A stretch of 64,000 nucleotides of DNA from an uncultured Candidatus Saccharibacteria bacterium (GTDB taxonomy: Bacteria > Patescibacteriota > Minisyncoccia > Phycocordibacterales > UBA1550): contig CAYWES010000001.1 of NCBI GenBank assembly GCA_964457625.1, positions 17,725 to 81,724 on the forward strand, read 5' to 3'. Each line of letters begins with the position of its first letter. The first letter of the stretch is position 1. The notes under the pieces were generated by a model. That model saw nothing but the letters and a program-made list of their open reading frames with translations. It ran no database searches and was not told the DNA's origin. Shown here piece after piece: positions 45,926 to 54,446 of the stretch. Position numbers and translations under genes: made by a program.

Positions 45926-48829
45926 ATGAAAGCATACGACCACAAGGATCTTGAGGGAAAATGGCAAAAAATCTGGGAGGAGACGGGAGTGTATCGCACG
46001 GATGATTCTTCTGAAAAACCAAAACAATTTATTCTCGATATGTTCCCGTATCCATCAGGAGAGGGTCTTCATGTGGGGCATCCTAAGGGATATATTGCGA
46101 CTGACATCTATGCACGCATGAAGCGTATGAGCGGGTTTAATGTACTCCATCCCATGGGGTGGGATGCGTTTGGTCTCCCCGCGGAACAGTTTGCGATTAA
46201 GCACAAAGTACATCCTCGTGTGGCGGTAGAAAAAAATGTTGCTCGCTACAAAGAGCAACTCTCTGTTATTGGTCTTGATTATGATTGGGCACGCGAGATA
46301 AATACGACAGATCCTGCCTTTTATAAGTGGACGCAGTGGATTTTTTTGAAACTGTTGGAAAAAGGTCTTGCCTATGAGTCATATGAACCGATTAACTGGT
46401 GCCCCACGTGTCAAACGGGTCTTGCTAACGAAGATCTTGATGGAGGGAAGTGTGAGCGATGTGATACTCCCGTCGAGAAAAAGCCCATGCGACAATGGGT
46501 ACTCAAAATTACGGAGTACGCAGACCGCATGCTCAAAGACCTTGATCTCCTTAATTGGCCGGACTCTATCAAGGAAGCCCAACGAAATTGGATTGGGAGG
46601 AGTGAAGGAGCGGAAATAGATTTCAATTTGGTATTCAAATTGCATCCAAAACATAACGATTGGCGCGACCCAAAAGACGAAAAACCTGCGCATATTACGG
46701 TATTCACCACGCGTCCCGATACGCTTTTTGGTGCGACATATCTGGTGCTTGCCCCTGAACATCCTTGGGTAGAGGCTTTGTGGAATACCGAACACGACGA
46801 CAGTGTGGGTAACAAAAGTGAAATAGAGGCATATGTGAAGCATGCCAGGGAAAAGACCGATATAGAACGTGCTGACGCGACGAAAGAAAAAACGGGTGTA
46901 AACGTTGAAGGAGTTGTTGCTCTTAATCCCGTGACGAAAGAAGAGATTCCAATATTTGTTGCGGATTATGTGCTTGGAGGGTACGGTACGGGTGCGGTGA
47001 TGGCTGTCCCGGCACATGACGAGCGAGACTTTCTTTTTGCTCAGAAATTTAGCCTGCCTTTCAGGGAGGTTGTCGTGCCTCATAGGGTTGATTATAAAAA
47101 TCCCCCCGTATCAGAAAAAGAAGTTGTTACACGAAAGAATATTCATGGTCTCGTGCGTAATCCAAAAACAGGCAAGATACTTTGTCTCAAGTGGAAAGAA
47201 CATCCTTGGACAACCCTTGTGGTGGGAGGAGTAGAGGATGGTGAGGATATTATTGAAGCGGCGCGGAGAGAAATTCTAGAAGAGACGGGATATGCACACC
47301 TCAGTGAGGGTCGCATCTTGGGAGGAGAAGTACGTGCCGACTACTTTGCAGCACACAAAGATCAAAATAGAATCGCGTACACTAGTCTTGTTGCATTTGA
47401 TCTTCTTGATGAAGAACAGCAAGACATCTCAGCGGACGAACAGAGTAAACATGAAGTCGTTTGGCTTGATGAGAAGGACGTCACAGTGGAATTGATGACC
47501 CACGCAGAAATGGACATCTGGCTTGAAAGAATGAATGGCGCGACGGGGGCATACACTCATTCAGGTGTTCTTGTGCATTCCGCACAATTTAATGGCAAAA
47601 GTTCTGAAGAGGCAAAAAAAGAGATTACAGAGTTCGCAGGTGGTCGTTGGGTGACAAAGTATCGTCTCAAGGAGTGGGTGTTTTCACGTCAGCGCTACTG
47701 GGGTGAGCCTATCCCGGTTATTCATTGTCCGAAGGATGGTGTTGTTCCCGTTCCCGAGAAGGAACTTCCCGTGCTCCTACCTGATGTGACTTCGTACGAA
47801 CCCACAGGAACGGGGGAGTCACCTCTTGCGGCGATTTCAGATTGGGTCAACACGACATGTCCGCAATGTGGTGGTCCGGGCACGCGCGAGACCAATACGA
47901 TGCCTCAGTGGGCGGGATCATCGTGGTATTACCTTCGTTTCATTGACCCAGAAAATAATGAGGCACTCATTGATCCGAAAAAAGAACATATATGGGATCC
48001 AGTTGACCTTTATGTGGGAGGCGATCATGCGGTGCGCCATCTTATCTACGCGCGTTTTTGGCATAAGTTTTTGTTTGACATAGATGTAGTCCACACTCTT
48101 GAGCCGTTTATGAGACTTGAGTTTCTCGGTTTTATTCTTGCTGAAGATGGTCGTAAAATGAGCAAGCGATGGGGAAATGTCATTAATCCCGATGATGTGG
48201 TAAAAACCTATGGTGCTGACACGCTCCGTCTCTATGAAATGTTCATGGGACCCTTTGAGCAAACTATCGCCTGGAATACCGAGAGTATCATTGGACCACG
48301 AAGGTTCCTTGAGCGTGTATGGCGTTTACGAGAGAATGTTTCATCTTCGGTAAAAGATACCGAAACTCTCGAGACGATTCTTCATAAAACAATCAAAAAA
48401 GTAACGGATGATATTGAAGGGTTTGCCTTTAATACCGCGATTTCTTCGCTCATGGTGCTTTCGAATGAAATGGAGCGTGCCAAAGAATTTTCTCCCCAAG
48501 CCTACGAGACATTCCTGAAACTCCTTGCCCCCTTCGCTCCTCATATTACCGAAGAACTTTGGCATGAATTGGGGCACGAGGACTCAATCCACCTTTCTTC
48601 ATGGCCTACCTACGATCCTCAAAAATGCATCGCTACAGAGGTAACAATTGCCATTCAGATAAATGGGAAGGTCCGCGACACTCTTGTTGTGGCGGCAGAT
48701 ATATCCGAAGACGAAGTTCTCCGTATTGCCCTTGAGCGCCCTCTTGTGTCCAAATGGATGGAAGGGAAGAAGCCCGCAAAAACGATCTTTGTTCCCGGGA
48801 AACTTCTCAGTATTGTCTTAGAAAAATAA
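45926..48829 (+). CDS. leuS: leucyl-tRNA synthetase carrying an inserted Nudix domain
   Basis: HIGH (GLHVGH), CP1/editing TTRPDTLFGATY and GTGAVMAVPAHDERD, KMSKR. About 160 extra aa at 47081-47560 contain GGVEDGEDIIEAARREILEETGY. Confidence 0.95.
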   Translation: MKAYDHKDLEGKWQKIWEETGVYRTDDSSEKPKQFILDMFPYPSGEGLHVGHPKGYIATDIYARMKRMSGFNVLHPMGWDAFGLPAEQFAIKHKVHPRVAVEKNVARYKEQLSVIGLDYDWAREINTTDPAFYKWTQWIFLKLLEKGLAYESYEPINWCPTCQTGLANEDLDGGKCERCDTPVEKKPMRQWVLKITEYADRMLKDLDLLNWPDSIKEAQRNWIGRSEGAEIDFNLVFKLHPKHNDWRDPKDEKPAHITVFTTRPDTLFGATYLVLAPEHPWVEALWNTEHDDSVGNKSEIEAYVKHAREKTDIERADATKEKTGVNVEGVVALNPVTKEEIPIFVADYVLGGYGTGAVMAVPAHDERDFLFAQKFSLPFREVVVPHRVDYKNPPVSEKEVVTRKNIHGLVRNPKTGKILCLKWKEHPWTTLVVGGVEDGEDIIEAARREILEETGYAHLSEGRILGGEVRADYFAAHKDQNRIAYTSLVAFDLLDEEQQDISADEQSKHEVVWLDEKDVTVELMTHAEMDIWLERMNGATGAYTHSGVLVHSAQFNGKSSEEAKKEITEFAGGRWVTKYRLKEWVFSRQRYWGEPIPVIHCPKDGVVPVPEKELPVLLPDVTSYEPTGTGESPLAAISDWVNTTCPQCGGPGTRETNTMPQWAGSSWYYLRFIDPENNEALIDPKKEHIWDPVDLYVGGDHAVRHLIYARFWHKFLFDIDVVHTLEPFMRLEFLGFILAEDGRKMSKRWGNVINPDDVVKTYGADTLRLYEMFMGPFEQTIAWNTESIIGPRRFLERVWRLRENVSSSVKDTETLETILHKTIKKVTDDIEGFAFNTAISSLMVLSNEMERAKEFSPQAYETFLKLLAPFAPHITEELWHELGHEDSIHLSSWPTYDPQKCIATEVTIAIQINGKVRDTLVVAADISEDEVLRIALERPLVSKWMEGKKPAKTIFVPGKLLSIVLEK

Positions 48830-48878
48830 GCTTTTATTTCAAGAGATTTTTGGTCTTTTGAGGTATACTACGAAACCC

Positions 48879-48907
48879 TTGACGCTTTAATTCTTTAATG
48901 CTAGTAT
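48879..48907 (+). promoter_or_regulatory. sigma70-like promoter TTGACG-N17-(TGc)TAGTAT
   Basis: TTGACG at 48879-48884, 17-nt spacer ending in TGC, TAGTAT at 48902-48907. Confidence 0.45.
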
Positions 48908-48964
48908 GTCTTCATATAAAGGTTCTGGGTTCTCATCATTATATTAGATTATCCAAAAATAAGT

Positions 48965-49996
48965 ATGTCAGCACTTACGTTTAAACCAAAGCAGTCTGTC
49001 AAACGCTTGCTTTCGGTATTGTCTCCCCGCGCGCTTGACGTCATTACCAAGCGATATGGCTTGAAGGATGATACCAACCGTATGACCCTTGAAGGAATCG
49101 GTGCCACCTATGATATTACACGCGAGCGCGTGCGCCAGATAGAAAATTTTGCATTGGCCACCATTAAAAAGTCAGATGTCTTTAAAAAAGAGTCTGCCGT
49201 ATTCAAAGAGCTTCACGATGTCATCGTTTCCATGGGGGGTGTCGTTTGTGAAGAGGATTTTCTCATGCACCTATCCCGTGATGAGAGTACTCAGAACCAT
49301 CTTTATTTTCTTCTTGTTCTTGGAGAGGAGTTTAAACGCGAAAAAGGAGACGAACATTTTAAACATCGTTGGATCGTCGATGACAAAACATCAATGCGTG
49401 TACATGATGCGCTCCGCAAACTTTTCGAATCTCTTTCCCACGAAGATCTCGTTCCCGAAGGAGAGATGGTTGAGTTGTTTATCAACCACTTGAAGGAAGT
49501 TGCCGATGGGTACAAGAATGAGGAAATCGTGAAGCGTTGGTTGTCCCTTTCAAAGACAATTGGGAAAAATCCACTTGGTGAATGGGGCATGTCTCGCTCA
49601 CACAATGTAAACGCGCGCGGTATGAGGGACTATGCATATCTCGTGATTAAAAAACACGGTTCCCCGATGCACTTTACAGAGGTTACCAAAGCAATTACAC
49701 AGACCTTCAACAAGAAGGCTCACGTTGCCACCTGTCACAACGAACTCATCAAGGATAGCCGTTTTGTGCTCGTGGGGCGAGGTCTCTACGCACTCTCCTC
49801 ATGGGGGTATGAACGAGGAGTAGTTAAGGACGTGATTGCAAAGATTCTCAAAGAAGAAGGCCCTCTCACCAAAAAAGAAATCATTGACCGCGTCCTCAAA
49901 GAACGATACGTCAAAGAAAATACCGTGTTTGTAAATCTTCAAGACACAAAACTCTTTAAGAAATCAAAAGACAACAAATACTCACTTGCCTCATAA
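48965..49996 (+). CDS. sigma-70 region-4-like HTH protein with C-terminal HARE-HTH-like domain
   Basis: MTLEGIGATYDITRERVRQIENFAL (region 4.2-like). C-terminal YLVIKKHGSPMHFTEVTKAI…DSRFVLVGRGLYALSSWG (HARE-HTH-like pattern). Confidence 0.6.
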   Translation: MSALTFKPKQSVKRLLSVLSPRALDVITKRYGLKDDTNRMTLEGIGATYDITRERVRQIENFALATIKKSDVFKKESAVFKELHDVIVSMGGVVCEEDFLMHLSRDESTQNHLYFLLVLGEEFKREKGDEHFKHRWIVDDKTSMRVHDALRKLFESLSHEDLVPEGEMVELFINHLKEVADGYKNEEIVKRWLSLSKTIGKNPLGEWGMSRSHNVNARGMRDYAYLVIKKHGSPMHFTEVTKAITQTFNKKAHVATCHNELIKDSRFVLVGRGLYALSSWGYERGVVKDVIAKILKEEGPLTKKEIIDRVLKERYVKENTVFVNLQDTKLFKKSKDNKYSLAS

Positions 49997-50004
49997 GGGT
50001 ACAT

Positions 50005-50040
50005 AAAAGCGCGGAAATTCCTTCCGCGCTTTTGTAGTTT
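50005..50040 (+). terminator. Rho-independent terminator
   Basis: AAAAGCGCGGAA-attcc-TTCCGCGCTTTT followed by GTAGTTTT. Confidence 0.7.
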
Positions 50041-50052
50041 TGCGCTTCTTCT

Positions 50053-50060
50053 TGTACAAT
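50053..50060 (+). promoter_or_regulatory. -10 box TGTACAAT, 7 nt before ATG 50068 (leaderless candidate)
   Basis: TACAAT at 50055-50060, preceded by TG. Confidence 0.4.
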
Positions 50061-50067
50061 AGAGTTC

Positions 50068-51369
50068 ATGGAATTTCTAGAGCACATAGGGCTCATCGAT
50101 CTCTATACGGGGGTCATTGGGTACCTCATTATTTTTATTAAGTGGGCGCCATTTTGGGTGCCCCTGGTACTCCTTGCGTATCTTTGGGGGTTGTGGATGC
50201 ATTATGTCCAGGCGAAGTGGCAGACTGAGGTGAAGTGGATCATGCTTGAGTTGAAGCTTCCCAAAGAGACTCATAAAGGTCCTCTTGCCATGGAGCTTGT
50301 GTTGAATGCGCTCTATCAGACAGGTTCGGGTATCTGGTATGACAAAAAAGTAAAAGGACGCGTCAAGGATAGATTTTCCCTAGAGATGGTTTCTCTGGAA
50401 GGTCAAGTAAAATTTTTTATTCGTACACCCGCCGTACACAAAAATGTAATTGAGGCTCAGCTCTATGCGCAATATCCTGACATAGAGATTTTTGAAGTTC
50501 CCGATTACACGCGCTATGTCGACTACCGAGGAAGAGAAGGAGACTGGTCGTGTGTCGGTATGGATTTTGGCCTCGGAAAGGAAGATGCCTATCCTATAAA
50601 AACGTACATCGATTATGGTCTCGATAAAGAAGGTGTCGACGAGGAATACAAAATTGACCCCCTAAGCTCTGTTATTGAGTATCTTGGATCAGTAGGAAAG
50701 GGCGAGCAAGTCTGGATTCAGATTATTGTACAGGCCGCCACGAAGGCTCACCACTATCCGCACAAAAAGGATGGGTCAATGGGGGACTGGAAGAGTGAGG
50801 GAGAAGCGTTGGTCGACAAACTTACTCAGCGCAAAGAAGAACGCGATGAAGAAGGGAAGGGCGGTCCGCGCACACAGCATATGACAAAGGGTGAGCAAGA
50901 AATTGTCGCTGCCATTGAGCGCAATATCAGCAAGTTTGGTTTTGAGTGCGGGGTCCGAGCGCTCTATGTTTGCAAACGTGATCGTTTTAATCCTTCAAAT
51001 CTCAAGGCAATCGGAGGGCTTTGGCGCGGGTTTAGTACCGCAAATCTAAATGAGTTTAAGTCTACCATTCAGACCTTCGGTGTTGATGCATGGTGGCAAG
51101 ATTATAAAGATGTTCGTATCACGAGCTATCGCAAAGCACAGTTTGAGGCATTCAAGCGTCGGGAGTTTTCATTTGAAGATCAGGTGAGATGGGTTGCAAA
51201 CATCCCCTCTGCCTCGCCAATGGTGATTACGCCGTTCAAACACCCTTTTGTATTGAGCTCTGAAGAGCTTGCAACGATATTCCATCTACCGGGAGGAGTG
51301 GTACAGACGCCAACGTTTGGCCGTCTCTCTTCACGCAAGAGCGAAGCTCCTACCAACTTGCCAATCTAA
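50068..51369 (+). CDS. conserved-looking hypothetical protein with N-terminal TM hairpin
   Basis: 433 aa. Two N-terminal TM helices, then a large soluble region ending SSEELATIFHLPGG. No family assigned. Confidence 0.5.
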   Translation: MEFLEHIGLIDLYTGVIGYLIIFIKWAPFWVPLVLLAYLWGLWMHYVQAKWQTEVKWIMLELKLPKETHKGPLAMELVLNALYQTGSGIWYDKKVKGRVKDRFSLEMVSLEGQVKFFIRTPAVHKNVIEAQLYAQYPDIEIFEVPDYTRYVDYRGREGDWSCVGMDFGLGKEDAYPIKTYIDYGLDKEGVDEEYKIDPLSSVIEYLGSVGKGEQVWIQIIVQAATKAHHYPHKKDGSMGDWKSEGEALVDKLTQRKEERDEEGKGGPRTQHMTKGEQEIVAAIERNISKFGFECGVRALYVCKRDRFNPSNLKAIGGLWRGFSTANLNEFKSTIQTFGVDAWWQDYKDVRITSYRKAQFEAFKRREFSFEDQVRWVANIPSASPMVITPFKHPFVLSSEELATIFHLPGGVVQTPTFGRLSSRKSEAPTNLPI

Positions 51370-51376
51370 TTCAATT

Positions 51377-52399
51377 ATGGAAGAGCTATCCCCTGAATTT
51401 AATAATCCTACAAAGCGGAGCTCGCCATTGTTTGAGTTTTTGGGTATTAAAACACGCATGATGAAAGGGGCATTTTTTGTGGCAGTGGGACTCATTGGTA
51501 TATGTGCATTCTTTTCGTATCTCTTGATAACCCCGCGTCATTTCCCCGAAGGAGAAATGATTATCATTGCAGAGGGTCTCTCTTTGGGTGAAGTGTCTCA
51601 TCTTCTGAAAGAAAAGAAGGTTATTCGTTCCCGCATGCTTTTCGAGGCGTGTATTCTTGGGACGACAGGGGATCGTCATGTCCGCGCGGGGACGTATTTA
51701 CTCACGGAGCCCGAGTCAGTGTGTCGTATCGCCGACCGTATTGCCAGGGGGACGACAGGTCTTTCGGCAATCCGTTTTACCATCCCCGAAGGGTTTACGA
51801 ATCGCGAAATCGCACATACCGCACTCCGCCTCTTAAGAAACTTTGACGAACAGCGTTTTCTTGAAGAAGCAAAGATGTATGAGGGGTTTTTGTTCCCCGA
51901 TACATATTTTTTATCTCCTGACGCCAGTGATGTGAATGTTATTGAAACACTCAGCAAAGAATTTGATAAGAAAATAGAGCCGTTTCTCGAGCGTATTGAG
52001 CGCTCCGCCCACTCTCTTCGCGAGATTGTGATTATGGCGTCTATCCTTGAAAAGGAAGCGCAAACAATCGAAGACCAAAGAATGGTCTCAGGAATTCTTT
52101 GGAAGAGGATTGAAATAAATATGCCACTTCAAGTCGATGCCTCGTTCTTGTACCTGTGGGGCAAGGCTTCTCATGAACTCACACAGGAGGATCTCCGCTT
52201 CGACTCTCTCTACAATACGTACGTTTATCGTGGGCTTCCTCCGGGACCTATTGGCAATCCAGGGCTTAGCGCCATTGAGGCAGCATTAACTCCTGTATCC
52301 TCTCCATATCTTTACTACTTGCACGACAGCAAAGGGGATATTCACTATGCAAGAACATTTGACGAACATAGACAAAACAAAGAAAGACATTTGCGTTGA
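51377..52399 (+). CDS. mltG: endolytic murein transglycosylase MltG (YceG family)
   Basis: IPEGFTNREIA, FLFPDTYFL, ASILEKEA, NTYVYRGLPPGPIGNPG. Start moved to MEELSPEF. Confidence 0.88.
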   Translation: MEELSPEFNNPTKRSSPLFEFLGIKTRMMKGAFFVAVGLIGICAFFSYLLITPRHFPEGEMIIIAEGLSLGEVSHLLKEKKVIRSRMLFEACILGTTGDRHVRAGTYLLTEPESVCRIADRIARGTTGLSAIRFTIPEGFTNREIAHTALRLLRNFDEQRFLEEAKMYEGFLFPDTYFLSPDASDVNVIETLSKEFDKKIEPFLERIERSAHSLREIVIMASILEKEAQTIEDQRMVSGILWKRIEINMPLQVDASFLYLWGKASHELTQEDLRFDSLYNTYVYRGLPPGPIGNPGLSAIEAALTPVSSPYLYYLHDSKGDIHYARTFDEHRQNKERHLR

Positions 52400-52434
52400 C
52401 GCCCAACACCTTTCCTGCTATACCCTCAGTATCT

Positions 52435-53505
52435 ATGACCGCAACGTCTAAAGGTAGGGTCTATGTCGGCATGTCAGGGGGAGTTGATAGCTCCGTCACC
52501 GCGGCGCTCCTCAAAGAGCAGGGCTACGAAGTCATCGGCGTATTTATGAAGGTGTGGCAACCTGATTTTTTGCCGTGCACATGGGAGGAGGAACGTCTTG
52601 ATGCTATCCGCGTGGCAGCTCATTTGGGTGTTCCTCTCAAAACATGGGATTTTGAAAAGGAATATAGAGAGGAGGTTTTTGAATACATGATTCGTGAGTA
52701 CAAGGCAGGCAGAACACCAAATCCTGATGTCATGTGTAATCGGGAAATAAAATTCGGTGTATTTTTTCGTCGTGCGATGGAGGAGGGTGCTGATGTTGTC
52801 GCGACGGGGCATTACGCGCAGTGTGTGTACAATGAGCACACAGACAAACACGAGCTCCACAAGGGCAATGATCTCGCGAAAGATCAGTCATACTTTCTCT
52901 GGACACTCGGTGAGAAGGAGCTTTCGCGCACACTGTTTCCTGTGGGTGGATTTCAAAAAACAAAGGTACGCAAACTCGCAAAGAAATTTAAGATTCCCGT
53001 TGCGGATAAGAAAGACAGCCAAGGGCTTTGCTTCGTGGGCAAGCTCAATATGAAAGATTTTCTCGCGCACTATATTCCCGAAAAGGAAGGCGAGGTGATC
53101 ACGGAGGAAGGCGAGGTGATCGGTACTCATCGAGGAGTAGCGTTTTATACCTTGGGAGAACGAAGAGGTTTCCTCATTACGAAGAAAACTCCCGAGGAAC
53201 TCCCGTACTATATCGTCGCGAAGGACCTCAAGCGGAATACGCTCACTGTGGCGCACAAAAAGAAAGAAGAAAACACGAGTGAGTATATTACTATCAGCGA
53301 CTGCCTCTTTCGTCGCCCTCCGGAAACGGATAAAGAGTACACCGCACAAGTTCGGTATCATGGAGAACTTTTGTCCTCTCGCGTTGAGTGCCTGGAGGGG
53401 AATCGCGCTCGGGTAATCTTTAGCCATCCGGTAGTGGTTGACCAAGGTCAGTCCATCGTATTATATGAAGGCACTGAGTGTATTGGCGGAGGGGTGCGAG
53501 AATGA
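52435..53505 (+). CDS. mnmA: tRNA 2-thiouridine(34) synthase MnmA
   Basis: PP-loop VGMSGGVDSSVTAALL, CNREIKF, DQSYFL. An upstream TTG at 52396 is an alternative start. Confidence 0.92.
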   Translation: MTATSKGRVYVGMSGGVDSSVTAALLKEQGYEVIGVFMKVWQPDFLPCTWEEERLDAIRVAAHLGVPLKTWDFEKEYREEVFEYMIREYKAGRTPNPDVMCNREIKFGVFFRRAMEEGADVVATGHYAQCVYNEHTDKHELHKGNDLAKDQSYFLWTLGEKELSRTLFPVGGFQKTKVRKLAKKFKIPVADKKDSQGLCFVGKLNMKDFLAHYIPEKEGEVITEEGEVIGTHRGVAFYTLGERRGFLITKKTPEELPYYIVAKDLKRNTLTVAHKKKEENTSEYITISDCLFRRPPETDKEYTAQVRYHGELLSSRVECLEGNRARVIFSHPVVVDQGQSIVLYEGTECIGGGVRE

Positions 53506-53556
53506 CATTGGGCAGGTTTTGTTTTTCCTCAAAATATGGGATTATAGAGAGACACT

Positions 53557-54417
53557 ATGGTACAAAAAGATTCTCAAAATATTCCCTGGGTTATAAAGAC
53601 ATCGGGTGTCCGTGAGCAGTTTTCTGTAGCCAAGCTCCGTCGCTCACTTGAACGCTCGGGAGCAGACGAAGCGACTGTTCAGCAAATTCTTGACCATATT
53701 CTCCCGGAAGTTACTGATGGTACGAGGACCTCGCTCATTTACAAACACGCATTCGCATTACTCAAAAAGAATCTGTATCCTGCGGCAGTCCGATATAGTC
53801 TCCGCAAGGCGGTTATGGAACTCGGTCCGAGTGGGTTTCCTTTTGAAATCTATGTCTCAGAAGTTCTCCGCCGCAAAGGGTACACTGCCGAGACAGGCGT
53901 GGTGCTTCCGGGGTTCTGTGTCCTTCATGAGGTTGATATTTACCTCCGAAAAAATGACAAACATATTTTTGCCGAGTGTAAATTTCACAATCAGCAAGGG
54001 ATTAAGGTTGATATAAAAGTGGCACTCTATATTCACGCTCGATTCCTTGATCTTAAAAAAGGTCATGAATCAAAAGAGCAATCGGGAACACGGGATATCC
54101 ACGAAGGGTGGCTCATTACTAACACAAAGATGAGTGCGGATGCGATTCAATATGCAAATTGCGTGGGACTCCGCCTCCTTGCGTGGGATTATCCCGAGAA
54201 AGGAAATCTCCAAGATCTTATTTTAGAGACGGGTGTGCATCCTTTGACGTTCCTTTCTTCGCTTTCATCGCGTAACAAAACAGATCTCCTCGCCAAGGGG
54301 ATCGTTATGTGTCGAGAGCTCAAAGAGAATGAGCAAGCCCTTCGTGATATTGGATTTTCCGAAGGAAAGATAAAAGGCGTCCTCCGTGAGGCAGATCGCG
54401 TATGCCAAGAGTTTTAA
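53557..54417 (+). CDS. ATP-cone domain fused to a PD-(D/E)xK (Mrr_cat-like) nuclease-fold domain
   Basis: N-terminal VIKTSGVREQFSVAKLRRSLERSGADEATVQQIL (ATP-cone-like). Then FEIYVSEVLRRKGY…HEVDIYL…AECKFH (D…ExK). Confidence 0.6.
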   Translation: MVQKDSQNIPWVIKTSGVREQFSVAKLRRSLERSGADEATVQQILDHILPEVTDGTRTSLIYKHAFALLKKNLYPAAVRYSLRKAVMELGPSGFPFEIYVSEVLRRKGYTAETGVVLPGFCVLHEVDIYLRKNDKHIFAECKFHNQQGIKVDIKVALYIHARFLDLKKGHESKEQSGTRDIHEGWLITNTKMSADAIQYANCVGLRLLAWDYPEKGNLQDLILETGVHPLTFLSSLSSRNKTDLLAKGIVMCRELKENEQALRDIGFSEGKIKGVLREADRVCQEF

Positions 54418-54431
54418 TATTCACAATCGTG

Positions 54432-54440
54432 TGCTATAAT
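54432..54440 (+). promoter_or_regulatory. extended -10 box TGcTATAAT, 6 nt before ATG 54447 (leaderless candidate)
   Basis: TGCTATAAT at 54432-54440. Confidence 0.45.
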
Positions 54441-54446
54441 TAAGAG

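Noticed and set aside
46379-47083. 234-aa minus-strand ORF inside leuS. The ORFs at 2492-3229, 8536-9045, 26487-27083, 52888-53445, 58875-59450 and 60246-60752 are similar cases.
   Set aside because: All are antisense to genes with strong motif support and have no independent evidence.
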